Program-made: the position numbers and the translations under genes
Part shown: positions 1-9,199 of the stretch, piece by piece
Position numbering within the stretch: the stretch's first letter is position 1
Layout of the letters: the number at the start of each line of letters is the position of its first letter
Source of the DNA: Deltaproteobacteria bacterium
GTDB lineage: Bacteria; Desulfobacterota; GWC2-55-46
Reading direction: 5' to 3'
Length of the DNA stretch: 58,927 bases
Assembly: GCA_016213015.1 (NCBI GenBank)
Contig: JACRCE010000057.1
Span: forward strand, 1-58,927
Notes under the pieces: generated by a model
Databases searched by the model: none
The model's input: only the letters and a program-made list of their open reading frames with translations
What the model was told of the DNA's origin: nothing

Positions 1-648
1 CTGACGTCACATGAGTTTACGACAGAGGAAAGACGCATCCTTAGCCGAAGCGCCGCCAATATATTCAAGAAGGATGCGTTGAAGACCGGAGAGTTTCTCT
101 CGCATCTGAAAAATCTGGAAATGCTCTACCCTGAAAAAGCCGGTCTGTTCGACGACGTTACCATGTTGTTCAACAGGAGGTATTTGAAGATTCGTCTTAC
201 GCAGGAGATAAACAGGTCCGCAAGGTACAGCATACCGCTCGTCATTTTGATGATAGACGTGGACCGTTTCGACAACTACCTGTCCAGAAAGGGCGAATAC
301 TACGGGAATCTTATGCTTAAGAAGTTGACCGAGCTTTTGAGGCGCTCGACGCGCTCATCCGACGTAGTGGCGCGCTACGATAGAAACTCGTTTGCCCTTA
401 TACTTACGAACACATTCATTGACGCGGGCGCGTCCCTTGCCAAGAGGTTCATCTCGATGGTGCACGACTATCCGTTCCTTTATGAGGAGGTGCAGCCAGG
501 CGGCAGGGTTACGGTCAGCATCGGCGCCGTTGCCTTCAAAAAGGGCAATACGCTTGATGATATAATCAAATATGCGGAGACCTCGCTCTCGGATGCCCAT
601 AAAAAAGGCGGCAACAGGCTTGAAGTGTATACGTATACGAACCTTTGA
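1..648 (+). CDS. GGDEF-domain protein, 5'-truncated at the window edge. Catalytic motif is degenerate (DRNSF) and the RxxD I-site is retained
   Basis: Frame 1 is open from nt 1. 'MIDVDRFDNY...GEYYGN...RSSDVVARYDRNSFALIL' fits the GGDEF-domain layout, with RSSD 5 aa before the GGDEF position. Confidence 0.75.
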   Translation: MTSHEFTTEERRILSRSAANIFKKDALKTGEFLSHLKNLEMLYPEKAGLFDDVTMLFNRRYLKIRLTQEINRSARYSIPLVILMIDVDRFDNYLSRKGEYYGNLMLKKLTELLRRSTRSSDVVARYDRNSFALILTNTFIDAGASLAKRFISMVHDYPFLYEEVQPGGRVTVSIGAVAFKKGNTLDDIIKYAETSLSDAHKKGGNRLEVYTYTNL

Positions 649-650
649 AG

Positions 651-760
651 ACGGTTAAAGAAGGTTCATGGTTGAGAGAAGGTTAAAGGCGGTTCATGGT
701 TAACCTTGAACCGCCTTTAATCGTTTCTTCAACCTTTTTTCAACCGTATCCCAACCTTTC
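651..760. repeat. Heptad-unit palindromic array (GGTTNAN / NTNAACC units)
   Basis: 'AAGGCGGTTCAtggttaaccTTGAACCGCCTT' core flanked by GGTTAAA/GGTTGAG units and their complements. Confidence 0.7.
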
Positions 761-897
761 TATCATCCCTTCGGCTATACAAAAAATCAACCTTCCAATC
801 GGTATACAGTTCTATCCAACCGTGTTACAATAGTGATAATTGGCGTGGTGGATTGTTCTTATAGGTGCTTGTGCAACATGACAGGCAGGAGGGATAT

Positions 898-1269
898 ATG
901 CCAAAGACAGTGATGATAGTAGATGATTCGGCATCCATTAGACAGGTGGTGAACATAGTGTTGAAAAGCGGCGGCTATGACGTGGTGGAGGCGTGCGACG
1001 GGGTTGACGCCATAAACAAGCTCGGCGCCCGGAAGGTGAACCTCGTGGTATGCGACGTGAACATGCCGAACATGGACGGGTTGACTTTTCTCAAGGCCAT
1101 AAAGGCCACTCACCTCCATAAGTTCACGCCGGTCATCATGCTCACGACCGAGTCGCAGGAGTCCAAGAAGCAGGAAGGCAGGCTTGCCGGCGCAAAGGCA
1201 TGGGTGGTAAAACCCTTCAAGCCCGAGCAGATGCTTGAGGCCGTTTCAAAGCTGATGCTGCCGAACTGA
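898..1269 (+). CDS. cheY: CheY-like single-domain response regulator (paralog 1)
   Basis: ATG 898 follows GGAGGG. DD pair, phospho-Asp in 'VVCDVNMPNMDG', T in 'MLTTES', K in 'VVKPF'. Confidence 0.85.
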   Translation: MPKTVMIVDDSASIRQVVNIVLKSGGYDVVEACDGVDAINKLGARKVNLVVCDVNMPNMDGLTFLKAIKATHLHKFTPVIMLTTESQESKKQEGRLAGAKAWVVKPFKPEQMLEAVSKLMLPN

Positions 1270-1271
1270 AA

Positions 1272-1458
1272 AAAATACCGTGACCGTGAACCGTGACCGT
1301 GTGAAAGATTTAAGGAGAGAGCTTCTCTGATCAATTCGCCGACCCGTCATTCTCGCGTAGCGTAGGCTCTCGTTTTTAGAGCTACCCCCCCCTTTTTTCA
1401 CCCCCCCCCTTAATTCCCGCTATCGGGGGATTTTTACGGTCACGGTTCACGGTATTTT
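1272..1458. repeat. Composite: inverted ACCGTGA-unit arms around a family-C fragment
   Basis: Left 'AAAATACCGTGACCGTGAACCGTGACCGT', right 'ACGGTCACGGTTCACGGTATTTT'. Interior carries 'CTCTGATCAATTC..GTCATTCTCGCG'. Confidence 0.75.
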
Positions 1459-1461
1459 CCC

Positions 1462-1488
1462 TAAAGATTATCAGCGTTGTGCCGATAT
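1462..1488 (+). promoter_or_regulatory. Sigma-28 (FliA) promoter upstream of mcp
   Basis: TAAAGATT-N11-GCCGATAT versus consensus TAAAGTTT-N11-GCCGATAA. Confidence 0.65.
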
Positions 1489-1645
1489 GGATACTATTGG
1501 ATGAGTTCCGAACAGGTATTCATATTATTGTATCCATGCGCGGCTGACGCAAACACAGGGGGCCGAGATATCATCGGCTCCTTTTTTATTTACCATTTTC
1601 GGCATTCATCTGGTATAATAGTTAAAAAGTTTGGGAAGGAGAGGC

Positions 1646-2998
1646 ATGTTAACTCGGCGCGCGCGTCCGGAAAAATTCCTTTTTCTCTATCTGCCCACCT
1701 ACAGGCGTATCGTCATAGTATCAACCGTCGTCGCCCTTATCTTCCCCGGCGTCGTACAGATTTTTTTCGGCGATTACATACAGCTTTTTTTTAAGGACAA
1801 TATCCCCTTATATGCAAATGCGGCGGAGAACGCCTTCTGGGTGATACTCGGCATAGCGAGCGTCTTGGTGATAGCCATGAAACTTTCCGGCAGGTCGTTA
1901 AAGAAGATATCCACCGCCGAGCAGGAGATGTTCAAGGAGTTTGTAGAGCACAGCGATGCCTTTCTCATCCGCAAGCAAAGGTTCGAGCGATACTTCGATA
2001 CACAGCATGAGCTGAACACCCTTACGAGGGCGCATCTCGACACCATGATAAAGATTACTGACGAGGACGCGCATAGGATAATAAACCGCACGCAGAATAT
2101 AGACCAGTCCATGTTATGGATGCACGAGACGCTCAATGCGCTCGATAAGCAAAGCGGCGCGCTTGCCGTTCAATCGAGCGAGACCTTGTTGGCCAACGAA
2201 AAGACGGTCATTGACCTGCATGCCTATATCGACAGGAGGCTCGGCGAGGTCGAGCGCGACTATGAGGTGGTGATGAGCCTTGCCGAGAAGGCAAGGAGCA
2301 TGACCAACCTCGTGGAACTCCTCAAGGACATCAGCGATCAGACCAACCTCCTAGCGCTGAACGCGGCCATAGAGGCCGCAAGGGCAGGTGAGCACGGCAG
2401 AGGCTTTGCAATCGTGGCGCAGGAGGTCAGGAAGCTGTCGAGCCAGTCGGAGCAGGCCGCGACAAAGATAGGCCATGCCATGATGCAGATGGCCCAGGAC
2501 ATAGAGACCCAGTTTGCCAACAAGATAAACCAGCAGGCAAGCCAGCAGGAGTCCCAACTCCTTAAAAATCTCGAAGGCCAGCTCGCTAAATTGGGCGAGA
2601 GCTACAGCGCCCTCGACGCGCTCAACAAGAAGATACTCGAACAGGTGAGGACAAGCTCTAAGAAGGTCTCGGCGCAGGTGTTGGAGCTTCTCGCGGACGT
2701 GCAGTTTCAGGACATCCTGAGCCAGCAGATAAACCTTGTGATGCGTACCCTGACCGATACGAACAAGTACCTTGAGCATCTGAAATACTGCATAAACAGA
2801 GAGGGAAAATGCACGCCTGACTGCTCGGACCCGGACTGCGCTACGACCGAGTTCAGCATCGACGGCCTGTTCAACTATTATGTGATGGACAAACAGAGGG
2901 ATACCCACGAGACCGTCGTAAGCAACGGGAAGGGCAAGAAGGTCGTCAAGGAAAAAGCGGCAAAACAGCTCGTCGAGGGAGAAGTTACATATTTTTGA
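1646..2998 (+). CDS. mcp: Methyl-accepting chemotaxis protein, atypical: short N-terminal membrane part, no obvious HAMP, Cys-rich C-terminus
   Basis: Hairpin-tip signature '[35 protein letters not shown]'. ATG 1646 follows GGAAGGAGAGG; the ORF track starts at TTG 1631. Confidence 0.8.
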   Translation: MLTRRARPEKFLFLYLPTYRRIVIVSTVVALIFPGVVQIFFGDYIQLFFKDNIPLYANAAENAFWVILGIASVLVIAMKLSGRSLKKISTAEQEMFKEFVEHSDAFLIRKQRFERYFDTQHELNTLTRAHLDTMIKITDEDAHRIINRTQNIDQSMLWMHETLNALDKQSGALAVQSSETLLANEKTVIDLHAYIDRRLGEVERDYEVVMSLAEKARSMTNLVELLKDISDQTNLLALNAAIEAARAGEHGRGFAIVAQEVRKLSSQSEQAATKIGHAMMQMAQDIETQFANKINQQASQQESQLLKNLEGQLAKLGESYSALDALNKKILEQVRTSSKKVSAQVLELLADVQFQDILSQQINLVMRTLTDTNKYLEHLKYCINREGKCTPDCSDPDCATTEFSIDGLFNYYVMDKQRDTHETVVSNGKGKKVVKEKAAKQLVEGEVTYF

Positions 2999-3009
2999 GA
3001 GGTGTCAAC

Positions 3010-3378
3010 GTGCAAAAGACCATAATGATAGTGGACGACTCGGCTTCCATCAGACAGGTCGTCAACCTGACCCTTAAAAAGGTCGGTTATAACGTGATAG
3101 AGGCTACCGACGGCGAGGACGCGCTGAAAAAACTGGTCGGGGCCAGAGTCAACCTCGTGGTATGCGACGTGAACATGCCCAACATGGACGGGATAACGTT
3201 CCTGAAGTCGCTCAAGAATTCGGCCGCGCATAAGTTTACGCCGGTCATAATGCTTACGACCGAGTCGCAGGAGGCGAAAAAGCAGGAGGGCAGGCAGGCC
3301 GGCGCAAAGGCATGGGTGGTAAAGCCCTTCAAGCCGGAGCAGATGCTCGAGGCGATTGCCAAGCTGATGTGTGATTGA
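3010..3378 (+). CDS. cheY: CheY-like single-domain response regulator (paralog 2)
   Basis: GTG 3010 follows GAGAGG and gives the same N-terminal length as paralog 1. 'VVCDVNMPNMDG', 'MLTTES', 'VVKPFKPEQMLEA'. Confidence 0.85.
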   Translation: MQKTIMIVDDSASIRQVVNLTLKKVGYNVIEATDGEDALKKLVGARVNLVVCDVNMPNMDGITFLKSLKNSAAHKFTPVIMLTTESQEAKKQEGRQAGAKAWVVKPFKPEQMLEAIAKLMCD

Positions 3379-3782
3379 TGGAGATCGGTGAAGTCGTTGA
3401 TAAGATATCGGCCGTTTTGCAGGGTTTTAAGGAAGTGGAGGTTGCCTATCTCTTTGGGTCTTATGCGACCGGTGAGGCACGGGCAACTTCCGACGTAGAC
3501 ATCGCCATCCTTGCGCCGCAACTCGGTCTTGATAGGTTTTGCGAGTTGTGGTCTTGCATTACAATCGCCGCTGGAACCGAACGCATAGACCTTGTTACGC
3601 TTGACGACAAGCCGGCGTTATTCAGATACGAGGTGATAAAAGAGGGCAGGCTTATTTATTGCAAAAACGACGAAACGCTTAATGACTTCGAGATGAAATC
3701 GTGGCAGGCGTATATGGACGGCAAGCATATCAGGGGGATATACTTAAACGACTTTTACGCGGGATTGAGCCGTGGTATTTAA
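3378..3782 (+). CDS. mntA: Nucleotidyltransferase-domain antitoxin (MntA-like, type VII TA)
   Basis: 'FGSYATGEARATSDVDIAIL' matches GS-x(n)-D-x-D of the minimal NTase fold. ATG 3378 overlaps the cheY TGA (TGATG). Confidence 0.75.
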   Translation: MEIGEVVDKISAVLQGFKEVEVAYLFGSYATGEARATSDVDIAILAPQLGLDRFCELWSCITIAAGTERIDLVTLDDKPALFRYEVIKEGRLIYCKNDETLNDFEMKSWQAYMDGKHIRGIYLNDFYAGLSRGI

Positions 3783-4200
3783 GAAGGAATCAATTGAAGA
3801 TCGGCTGCTGAAGCTCGACCAGGCGCTTGGCGTGCTGGAAGGGTATAAGGGTATTACATCGGATAGTTATCTATCCGACATAAAAACGCAATGGGTCGTA
3901 GAGCGAGGCTTTATAATCGCGGCCGAGATGATATTCGATATCAGCGCGCACATATTGTCGAGCGTTTACAGAGAGTATCGCGACGAATACGAAGGCATTA
4001 TAAGGGGCATTGCGGATAAAGGCGTTATATCGCGGACGCTCATGGGCGAGCTTAAAGGCTTCGGCGGCTTCAGGAACGTTCTTATCCATGAATACGTTAC
4101 GCTTGACTCGAGAAAGGTATATGACGCCCTCAAGGGCAAGTTGGCGGCATTGGAGAGATTTAAGAAAGAGATAGCTCAATGGGTTCGCCTGCAAGGGTAG
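3772..4200 (+). CDS. hepT: HepT-like HEPN (DUF86) toxin
   Basis: R-x4-H motif in 'GFRNVLIHEY'. The GTG start overlaps the end of mntA by 11 nt. Confidence 0.75.
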   Translation: MVFKKESIEDRLLKLDQALGVLEGYKGITSDSYLSDIKTQWVVERGFIIAAEMIFDISAHILSSVYREYRDEYEGIIRGIADKGVISRTLMGELKGFGGFRNVLIHEYVTLDSRKVYDALKGKLAALERFKKEIAQWVRLQG

Positions 4201-4332
4201 GCGGTGAAGGCATGCCTGTGTCCGCATATAGCGTAGGCGTAAAGATGATAAAGACCGGCTTGCAGTCAGTCAATATCGGGTTTTTCAACCACCCGTTAGC
4301 GGCGAGATATGATTGTGTGAGGTGATCTGGCG

Positions 4333-4656
4333 ATGGAAGTCTCAACGGAGACGAATAACGACGTTCTGACCCTCCGGCTTGCCGGCGAGGCCACCATTTA
4401 CGGCGCCTCGGAGTTGAAGGCAAGGCTGGACAATGTTTTTTCCGATCATCGGGACTGCGTCTCTCTTGAGCTTGACCTGTCCGGCGTAACCGAGATGGAC
4501 AGCGCTGGACTGCAACTGGCGCTTGCGGCCAAGCGCGAGGCCGTCTCTCTCGGCAAGGGGTTCAAGGTAGTCGCTCACGGCAACGCGTCAAAGGCTCTCG
4601 CTACGCTTTACAATCTCGACGATTATCTGAACGCCGCGGGGAAAGATAATGGATAA
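4333..4656 (+). CDS. STAS-domain protein (anti-sigma-factor-antagonist-like)
   Basis: 'LDLSGVTEMDSAGLQLAL' resembles the SpoIIAA/RsbV DSSGL/DSTGL region, with Ser conserved. Stop overlaps the cheA start. Confidence 0.7.
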   Translation: MEVSTETNNDVLTLRLAGEATIYGASELKARLDNVFSDHRDCVSLELDLSGVTEMDSAGLQLALAAKREAVSLGKGFKVVAHGNASKALATLYNLDDYLNAAGKDNG

Positions 4657-6859
4657 CGTGCTTGGGCAGGTGCGACATACGTTCATAGCCGAGGCGCGCG
4701 AGCTGTTGCAGGAGATCGAGAACGCGCTTCTCGCGCTTGAGGCGCGGCCTCAGGACAACGAATCCATCAACACCCTTTTCCGCGCCGTCCATACGATCAA
4801 GGGTTCATCGGGCATCGTCGGCATGGAAACGGTCGAAAGATTCACGCACCTCGTGGAGAATCTTCTTTCCATCGTGCGCGATGGGCGCATCCGCGTAACC
4901 AACCGCATTATCGAACTACTCCTTGAATCAAGGGATCATATTGCCCTGCTTGTCGAGCTTGCCGCCGAGGAAAGGGAGGCAGACAAGGACGTGCTTGCCC
5001 GCGGCGCGCATCTTGGCGACAGGCTTAATGCGTTTTTCGCCTCCGGTCCCGAGGGCGCAATGGTTTCCGAATCGGCGTCGAAAAAAACGGACGATACCGC
5101 CGCTCAGGGCCGCCTTGCTTCGACCGATGCATGGCATCTGTCCATCAGGTTCGGCCCCGATACCTTTAGAAGCGGCATGGACCCCGCGTCATTCCTGACA
5201 TATCTTACGCGGCTCGGCGATATTACCTCCCTTGTTACCTTGTTCGATCTCATGCCCGCCTTCCGCGAGATGGACCCTGAAAGCTGTTATCTCGGTTTTG
5301 AGATAGACTTGAAGAGCGACTTCGATAAAAAAACCCTTGAGGACGTCTTTGAATTCGTGCGTGAAGACTCCATAATCCGCATCCTGCCGCCGCACAGCAG
5401 GCTCGAATCATACATCGAGCTTATAAACGACCTGCCCGAGGATGCGGAGCTTCTCGGCGAGATACTGCTCAAGGGCGGCGCGCTTTCTCAGACCGAGCTT
5501 GACGACGCGCTAAGACTGCAATCAGCCGAATCCGCCATGGCGGATTCGGAACGGGGCGAGGCGGCTCAGCCCATAGGCAGGATACTCATAAACGAAGGCA
5601 TGGTGCCGGACGTGCTTGTAGACGCGGCCCTTGAGAAGCAAACCCAGACGCGGGTGCATAAATCAAGAGAGAGCGGCACGGTGCGCATCAGCGCCATGAA
5701 GCTCGACGCGCTCGTCAACCTCGTGGGCGAGCTTGTCATATCGAGCGCCAACGTCAATCAGCACACGCGGAGATTGAAGGACAACGGGCTTTTCGAGGCC
5801 GCGTCCAACATGCAGCGTCTGGTCGAGGACGTGCGCGATACGGCCATGAAACTGCGAATGGTTCCCATAGGCGAGACGTTCAGCCGCTTCAACCGCACGG
5901 TCCGCGACATAAGCTCCGGGTCGGACAAGGAGATCGGCCTCGTCATAACGGGCGCGGAAACCGAGTTGGACAAACTCGTGGTGGAGAAGATAAACGATCC
6001 GCTCATGCACCTTGTGCGTAATGCCGCTGATCACGGCATAGAGGGGCGGGCGGAAAGAAACGCGGTCGGCAAGCCCGTAAAGGGGAGTATCTGTCTGAAC
6101 GCCTGTTATGACGCCGGTTCCGTTGTGATCACCGTCTCAGACGACGGCAGAGGGCTTGACAGGGAGAAGATCAAGGAAAAGGCGGTCTCTCTTGGATTGA
6201 TAGAGGCGGACAAAACCCTTTCCGACGGCGATATATACAAGCTCATCTTCGAGCCGGGTTTTTCAACGGCTCAGGAGGTAACCAAGCTCTCAGGCAGGGG
6301 AGTGGGCATGGACGTGGTGCGCCGTAACATAGATTCGCTCAGGGGCACGGTAGGCGTGGACAGCGTAAGCGGAAAGGGCACGACGGTCAGCATAAGACTG
6401 CCTCTTACGCTTGCGATAATAGACGGCTTCATGGTCCACGTGGCAGGGTCAAGCTACGTCATACCGCTTGAGATGGTTACCGAGTGCGTCGATCTGCCTG
6501 ACTCGGAAAGGAACGCCGACAAGAGACGCGGATATATAAACCTTAGGGGCGAGGCGCTTCCCTATATACGGCTTACGTCTTTTTTCGATTGCGCCGAGAC
6601 GCCCGGATACTCCGGCGCGCGGGAGAGTATAGTAATCGTCAGACATGCGGGACGGCTGATCGGGCTTGTGGTGGACGTGCTTGAAGGCGAGATGCAGGCC
6701 GTCATAAAGTCGCTCGGCTCCGTTTACAGGGATGTGAGAGGCATATCGGGCGCGACGATAATGGGGGACGGCACGGTTGCGCTTATTGTAGACGTGCCGG
6801 CTATAGTGCAAACGGTCGAAGAGGAGATAAAGACGGTCGGATCGGCGCAGCGGACTTGA
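4649..6859 (+). CDS. cheA: Chemotaxis histidine kinase CheA (736 aa) with about 200 aa of extra sequence between Hpt and the dimerisation domain
   Basis: Hpt '[12 protein letters not shown]'. '[16 protein letters not shown]', 'GRGVGMDVV', and a C-terminal CheW-like P5. Confidence 0.9.
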   Translation: MDNVLGQVRHTFIAEARELLQEIENALLALEARPQDNESINTLFRAVHTIKGSSGIVGMETVERFTHLVENLLSIVRDGRIRVTNRIIELLLESRDHIALLVELAAEEREADKDVLARGAHLGDRLNAFFASGPEGAMVSESASKKTDDTAAQGRLASTDAWHLSIRFGPDTFRSGMDPASFLTYLTRLGDITSLVTLFDLMPAFREMDPESCYLGFEIDLKSDFDKKTLEDVFEFVREDSIIRILPPHSRLESYIELINDLPEDAELLGEILLKGGALSQTELDDALRLQSAESAMADSERGEAAQPIGRILINEGMVPDVLVDAALEKQTQTRVHKSRESGTVRISAMKLDALVNLVGELVISSANVNQHTRRLKDNGLFEAASNMQRLVEDVRDTAMKLRMVPIGETFSRFNRTVRDISSGSDKEIGLVITGAETELDKLVVEKINDPLMHLVRNAADHGIEGRAERNAVGKPVKGSICLNACYDAGSVVITVSDDGRGLDREKIKEKAVSLGLIEADKTLSDGDIYKLIFEPGFSTAQEVTKLSGRGVGMDVVRRNIDSLRGTVGVDSVSGKGTTVSIRLPLTLAIIDGFMVHVAGSSYVIPLEMVTECVDLPDSERNADKRRGYINLRGEALPYIRLTSFFDCAETPGYSGARESIVIVRHAGRLIGLVVDVLEGEMQAVIKSLGSVYRDVRGISGATIMGDGTVALIVDVPAIVQTVEEEIKTVGSAQRT

Positions 6860-6885
6860 CGGAACACAATAGGGAGGTTACACGT

Positions 6886-8592
6886 ATGAATTTTTTCAGG
6901 AATCTGAAGACCAGTTCCAAGCTGATAGTGAGTTTTGTCCTGCTCATAATATGCATCATCGTCCTTGGGGTGGTGAGCGTAACGAGGATGGGCGATCTGC
7001 GCGCCATGTTAGAGACCATGTACGACGACAGGCTTATTCCGCTCATAGACCTTGACAAGATAAACGGCGAACTCGGCCAGCTTCGCATAGGCGCGTTGCA
7101 GATAACCAACGAGCCGGACCAGTCCAAGAGGCAGACCATCCAGAACAACGCCGAGGAGTGGGAAAAGGGAATAGAGAGTATCATCGTCAAGTACGGCGCG
7201 ACCAAACTTACGCCGGAAGAGAAAAAGACCTATGAGGAGTTCAGGAGCGCATGGAAGCTGTATAACGACTCAAGGACAAACACCTACAACTGGGCGCTCG
7301 AGGGAAGCTTCGAGAAGGCCAAGCACAACGCGGCCACGGACGCCGGAGTAAAGTTCAAGATTGCCGACGCCAAGCTCAAGAGGCTCATAGAGATTCAAGA
7401 CGAGGTCTCGAAGGATCTTTACAAGCAGGCAGAGGCCAACTATTCCGCGATAAGACTGCTGGTCATAATAGTAACGCTTGTCGTAATAGCCATAGGCGTA
7501 ATCTTCGTTATAATATTAACGAGGATGATAGCTGCGCCGCTGGCAAACCTTACGGCCAACGTGGCCAACAAGATCGCGGTCGGCGATCTGACGGTTGATA
7601 TCGAGGTGAGGGGCACGGATGAGGTTGGCCAGCTCCTCTCAGCCATGAAGAACATGGCGGACAAGTTAAGGGAGGTTGTTTCCGACGTGCGCACCGTCGC
7701 GGACAACGTGGCGTCCGGCTCACAGGAGCTTTCATCGAGCGCTCAGCAGATATCGCAAGGCTCCACCGAGCAGGCGGCCTCCACCGAGGAAACCACCTCC
7801 TCGATGGAAGAGATGGCGGCCAACATAAGGCAGAACTCGGATAACGCCCAGCAGACGGAAAAGATTGCGTCGAAGTCCGCCGCGGATGCCATAGAGAGCG
7901 GCAGGGCCGTGTCTCAGACGGTCGTCGCGATGAAGGAGATAGCAAGCAAGATTTCCATCATCGAGGAGATAGCGAGGCAAACCAACCTACTTGCCCTCAA
8001 CGCCGCGATAGAGGCGGCGCGGGCGGGTGAACACGGCAAGGGCTTCGCCGTCGTCGCGTCAGAGGTTAGAAAGCTGGCCGAGAGGAGCCAGACCGCGGCC
8101 GCCGAGATAAGCAAGCTCTCGTCAACGAGCGTTCAGGTTGCCGAACAGGCCGGCGGGATGCTAACGAAGCTCGTCCCGGATATACAGAAGACCTCCGAGC
8201 TTGTGCAGGAGATAAGCGCCGCGAGCAACGAGCAGAACAGCGGGGCAGAGCAGATAAACAAGGCGCTTCAGCAGCTTGATCAGGTCATTCAGCAGAACGC
8301 GAGCGCGGCCGAGGAGTTATCCTCCACCTCGGAGGAGCTTTCCTCTCAGGCGCTTCAGCTTCAGCACACGATAGACTTTTTCAAACTCCGCGATACAGGG
8401 ACGAGGAAGACGGCCTTTGCCGCAAGGCCGACGCTCAAGGCGCAAAGGGCGCAGGCAGGGCATCTGCCTCATGCGCAGGCAAAGGCACAGCACAAGGCGA
8501 TGCACTCGGCCGCCCCGGCCCCCGGAGGCGTTGCCCTCGACATGGGTCAGCACGGCAAGGACGAGCATGACAACGAATTCGAGAGGTTTTGA
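6886..8592 (+). CDS. mcp: Methyl-accepting chemotaxis protein: 2 TM, periplasmic helical sensor, HAMP, C-terminal EFERF tail
   Basis: ATG 6886 follows AGGGAGG. '[36 protein letters not shown]'. Confidence 0.9.
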   Translation: MNFFRNLKTSSKLIVSFVLLIICIIVLGVVSVTRMGDLRAMLETMYDDRLIPLIDLDKINGELGQLRIGALQITNEPDQSKRQTIQNNAEEWEKGIESIIVKYGATKLTPEEKKTYEEFRSAWKLYNDSRTNTYNWALEGSFEKAKHNAATDAGVKFKIADAKLKRLIEIQDEVSKDLYKQAEANYSAIRLLVIIVTLVVIAIGVIFVIILTRMIAAPLANLTANVANKIAVGDLTVDIEVRGTDEVGQLLSAMKNMADKLREVVSDVRTVADNVASGSQELSSSAQQISQGSTEQAASTEETTSSMEEMAANIRQNSDNAQQTEKIASKSAADAIESGRAVSQTVVAMKEIASKISIIEEIARQTNLLALNAAIEAARAGEHGKGFAVVASEVRKLAERSQTAAAEISKLSSTSVQVAEQAGGMLTKLVPDIQKTSELVQEISAASNEQNSGAEQINKALQQLDQVIQQNASAAEELSSTSEELSSQALQLQHTIDFFKLRDTGTRKTAFAARPTLKAQRAQAGHLPHAQAKAQHKAMHSAAPAPGGVALDMGQHGKDEHDNEFERF

Positions 8593-8593
8593 C

Positions 8594-8668
8594 AACGGTT
8601 ATCGGTTATCAGTGAAGGTAAAAAACAATATCCTTAAACCGATAACCGATAACGGACAATCGATAACT
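8594..8668. repeat. Heptad-unit palindrome (GGTTATC variant)
   Basis: 'CGGTTATCGGTTATC' - 30 nt - 'GATAACCGATAACGG'. Confidence 0.75.
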
Positions 8669-8685
8669 GCTTTTAAGGAGGGGAT

Positions 8686-9186
8686 ATGGCAGTACCCGCC
8701 ATAACACAGACGACTCAGTACCTTACATTCAGACTTGAAGACGAGGTCTTCGCCCTCGACATCTCCAAGGTGCGCGAGGTGCTCGACTTCACCACCGTAA
8801 CGAAGGTGCCGAGGACGCCTGATTTCATGCGAGGCGTCATAAACCTGCGCGGAAGCGTAGTGCCGGTCGTGGACATGCGCCTCAAGTTCGGCATGACGAT
8901 GACGCAAAAGACGGTCAACACGTGCGTCATAATCGCGGAGATAAGCCTTGACAACGAAAAGATCGTGCTCGGCGCCCTTGCCGACTCGGTGCAGGAGGTA
9001 CTCGATCTTGAGCCGAGCCAGATAGAGCCGCCGCCGAGGATAGGCGTAAGGCTCAAGACCGAGTTCATCATGGGCATGGGCAAGCAAGGCGACCAGTTCA
9101 TCATCATCCTCGACGTGGACAAGGTTTTTTCAACGGATGAATTGAGCATGGTGAGCGGCATTAAGGACGCGGCGCACGGCGTATGA
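8686..9186 (+). CDS. cheW: Chemotaxis coupling protein CheW
   Basis: 'YLTFRLEDEVFALDISKVREV...VPRTPDFMRGVINLRGSVVPVVD', typical CheW. AAGGAGGGG RBS. Confidence 0.9.
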   Translation: MAVPAITQTTQYLTFRLEDEVFALDISKVREVLDFTTVTKVPRTPDFMRGVINLRGSVVPVVDMRLKFGMTMTQKTVNTCVIIAEISLDNEKIVLGALADSVQEVLDLEPSQIEPPPRIGVRLKTEFIMGMGKQGDQFIIILDVDKVFSTDELSMVSGIKDAAHGV

Positions 9187-9199
9187 ACGGTTTCACGCA

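Noticed and set aside
651-760. Whether the short tandem or inverted heptamer arrays could be CRISPR arrays.
   Set aside because: The units are 7 nt with no unique spacers. The arrays are palindromic and under 130 nt, and no cas genes are present.
841-857. TGGCGTGGTGGATTGTT upstream of the first cheY, resembling a sigma-54 -24/-12 element.
   Set aside because: The GC of the -12 element is displaced by one base and reads TTGT rather than TTGC. A sigma-70-like TATACA-N17-TACAAT (802-830) is an alternative, also weak.
8599-9087. Long antisense ORFs opposite well-supported genes. Examples are 8599-9087(-), 11097-11729(-), 18394-19047(-), 23636-24220(-), 26634-27704(-), 39956-40552(-) and 30972-31598(-).
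   Set aside because: They lie opposite genes with unmistakable family motifs. Their translations are low-complexity (Arg/Ser/Pro/Ala-rich) and they lack RBS or domain signatures. This is a typical artefact of GC-rich coding DNA.
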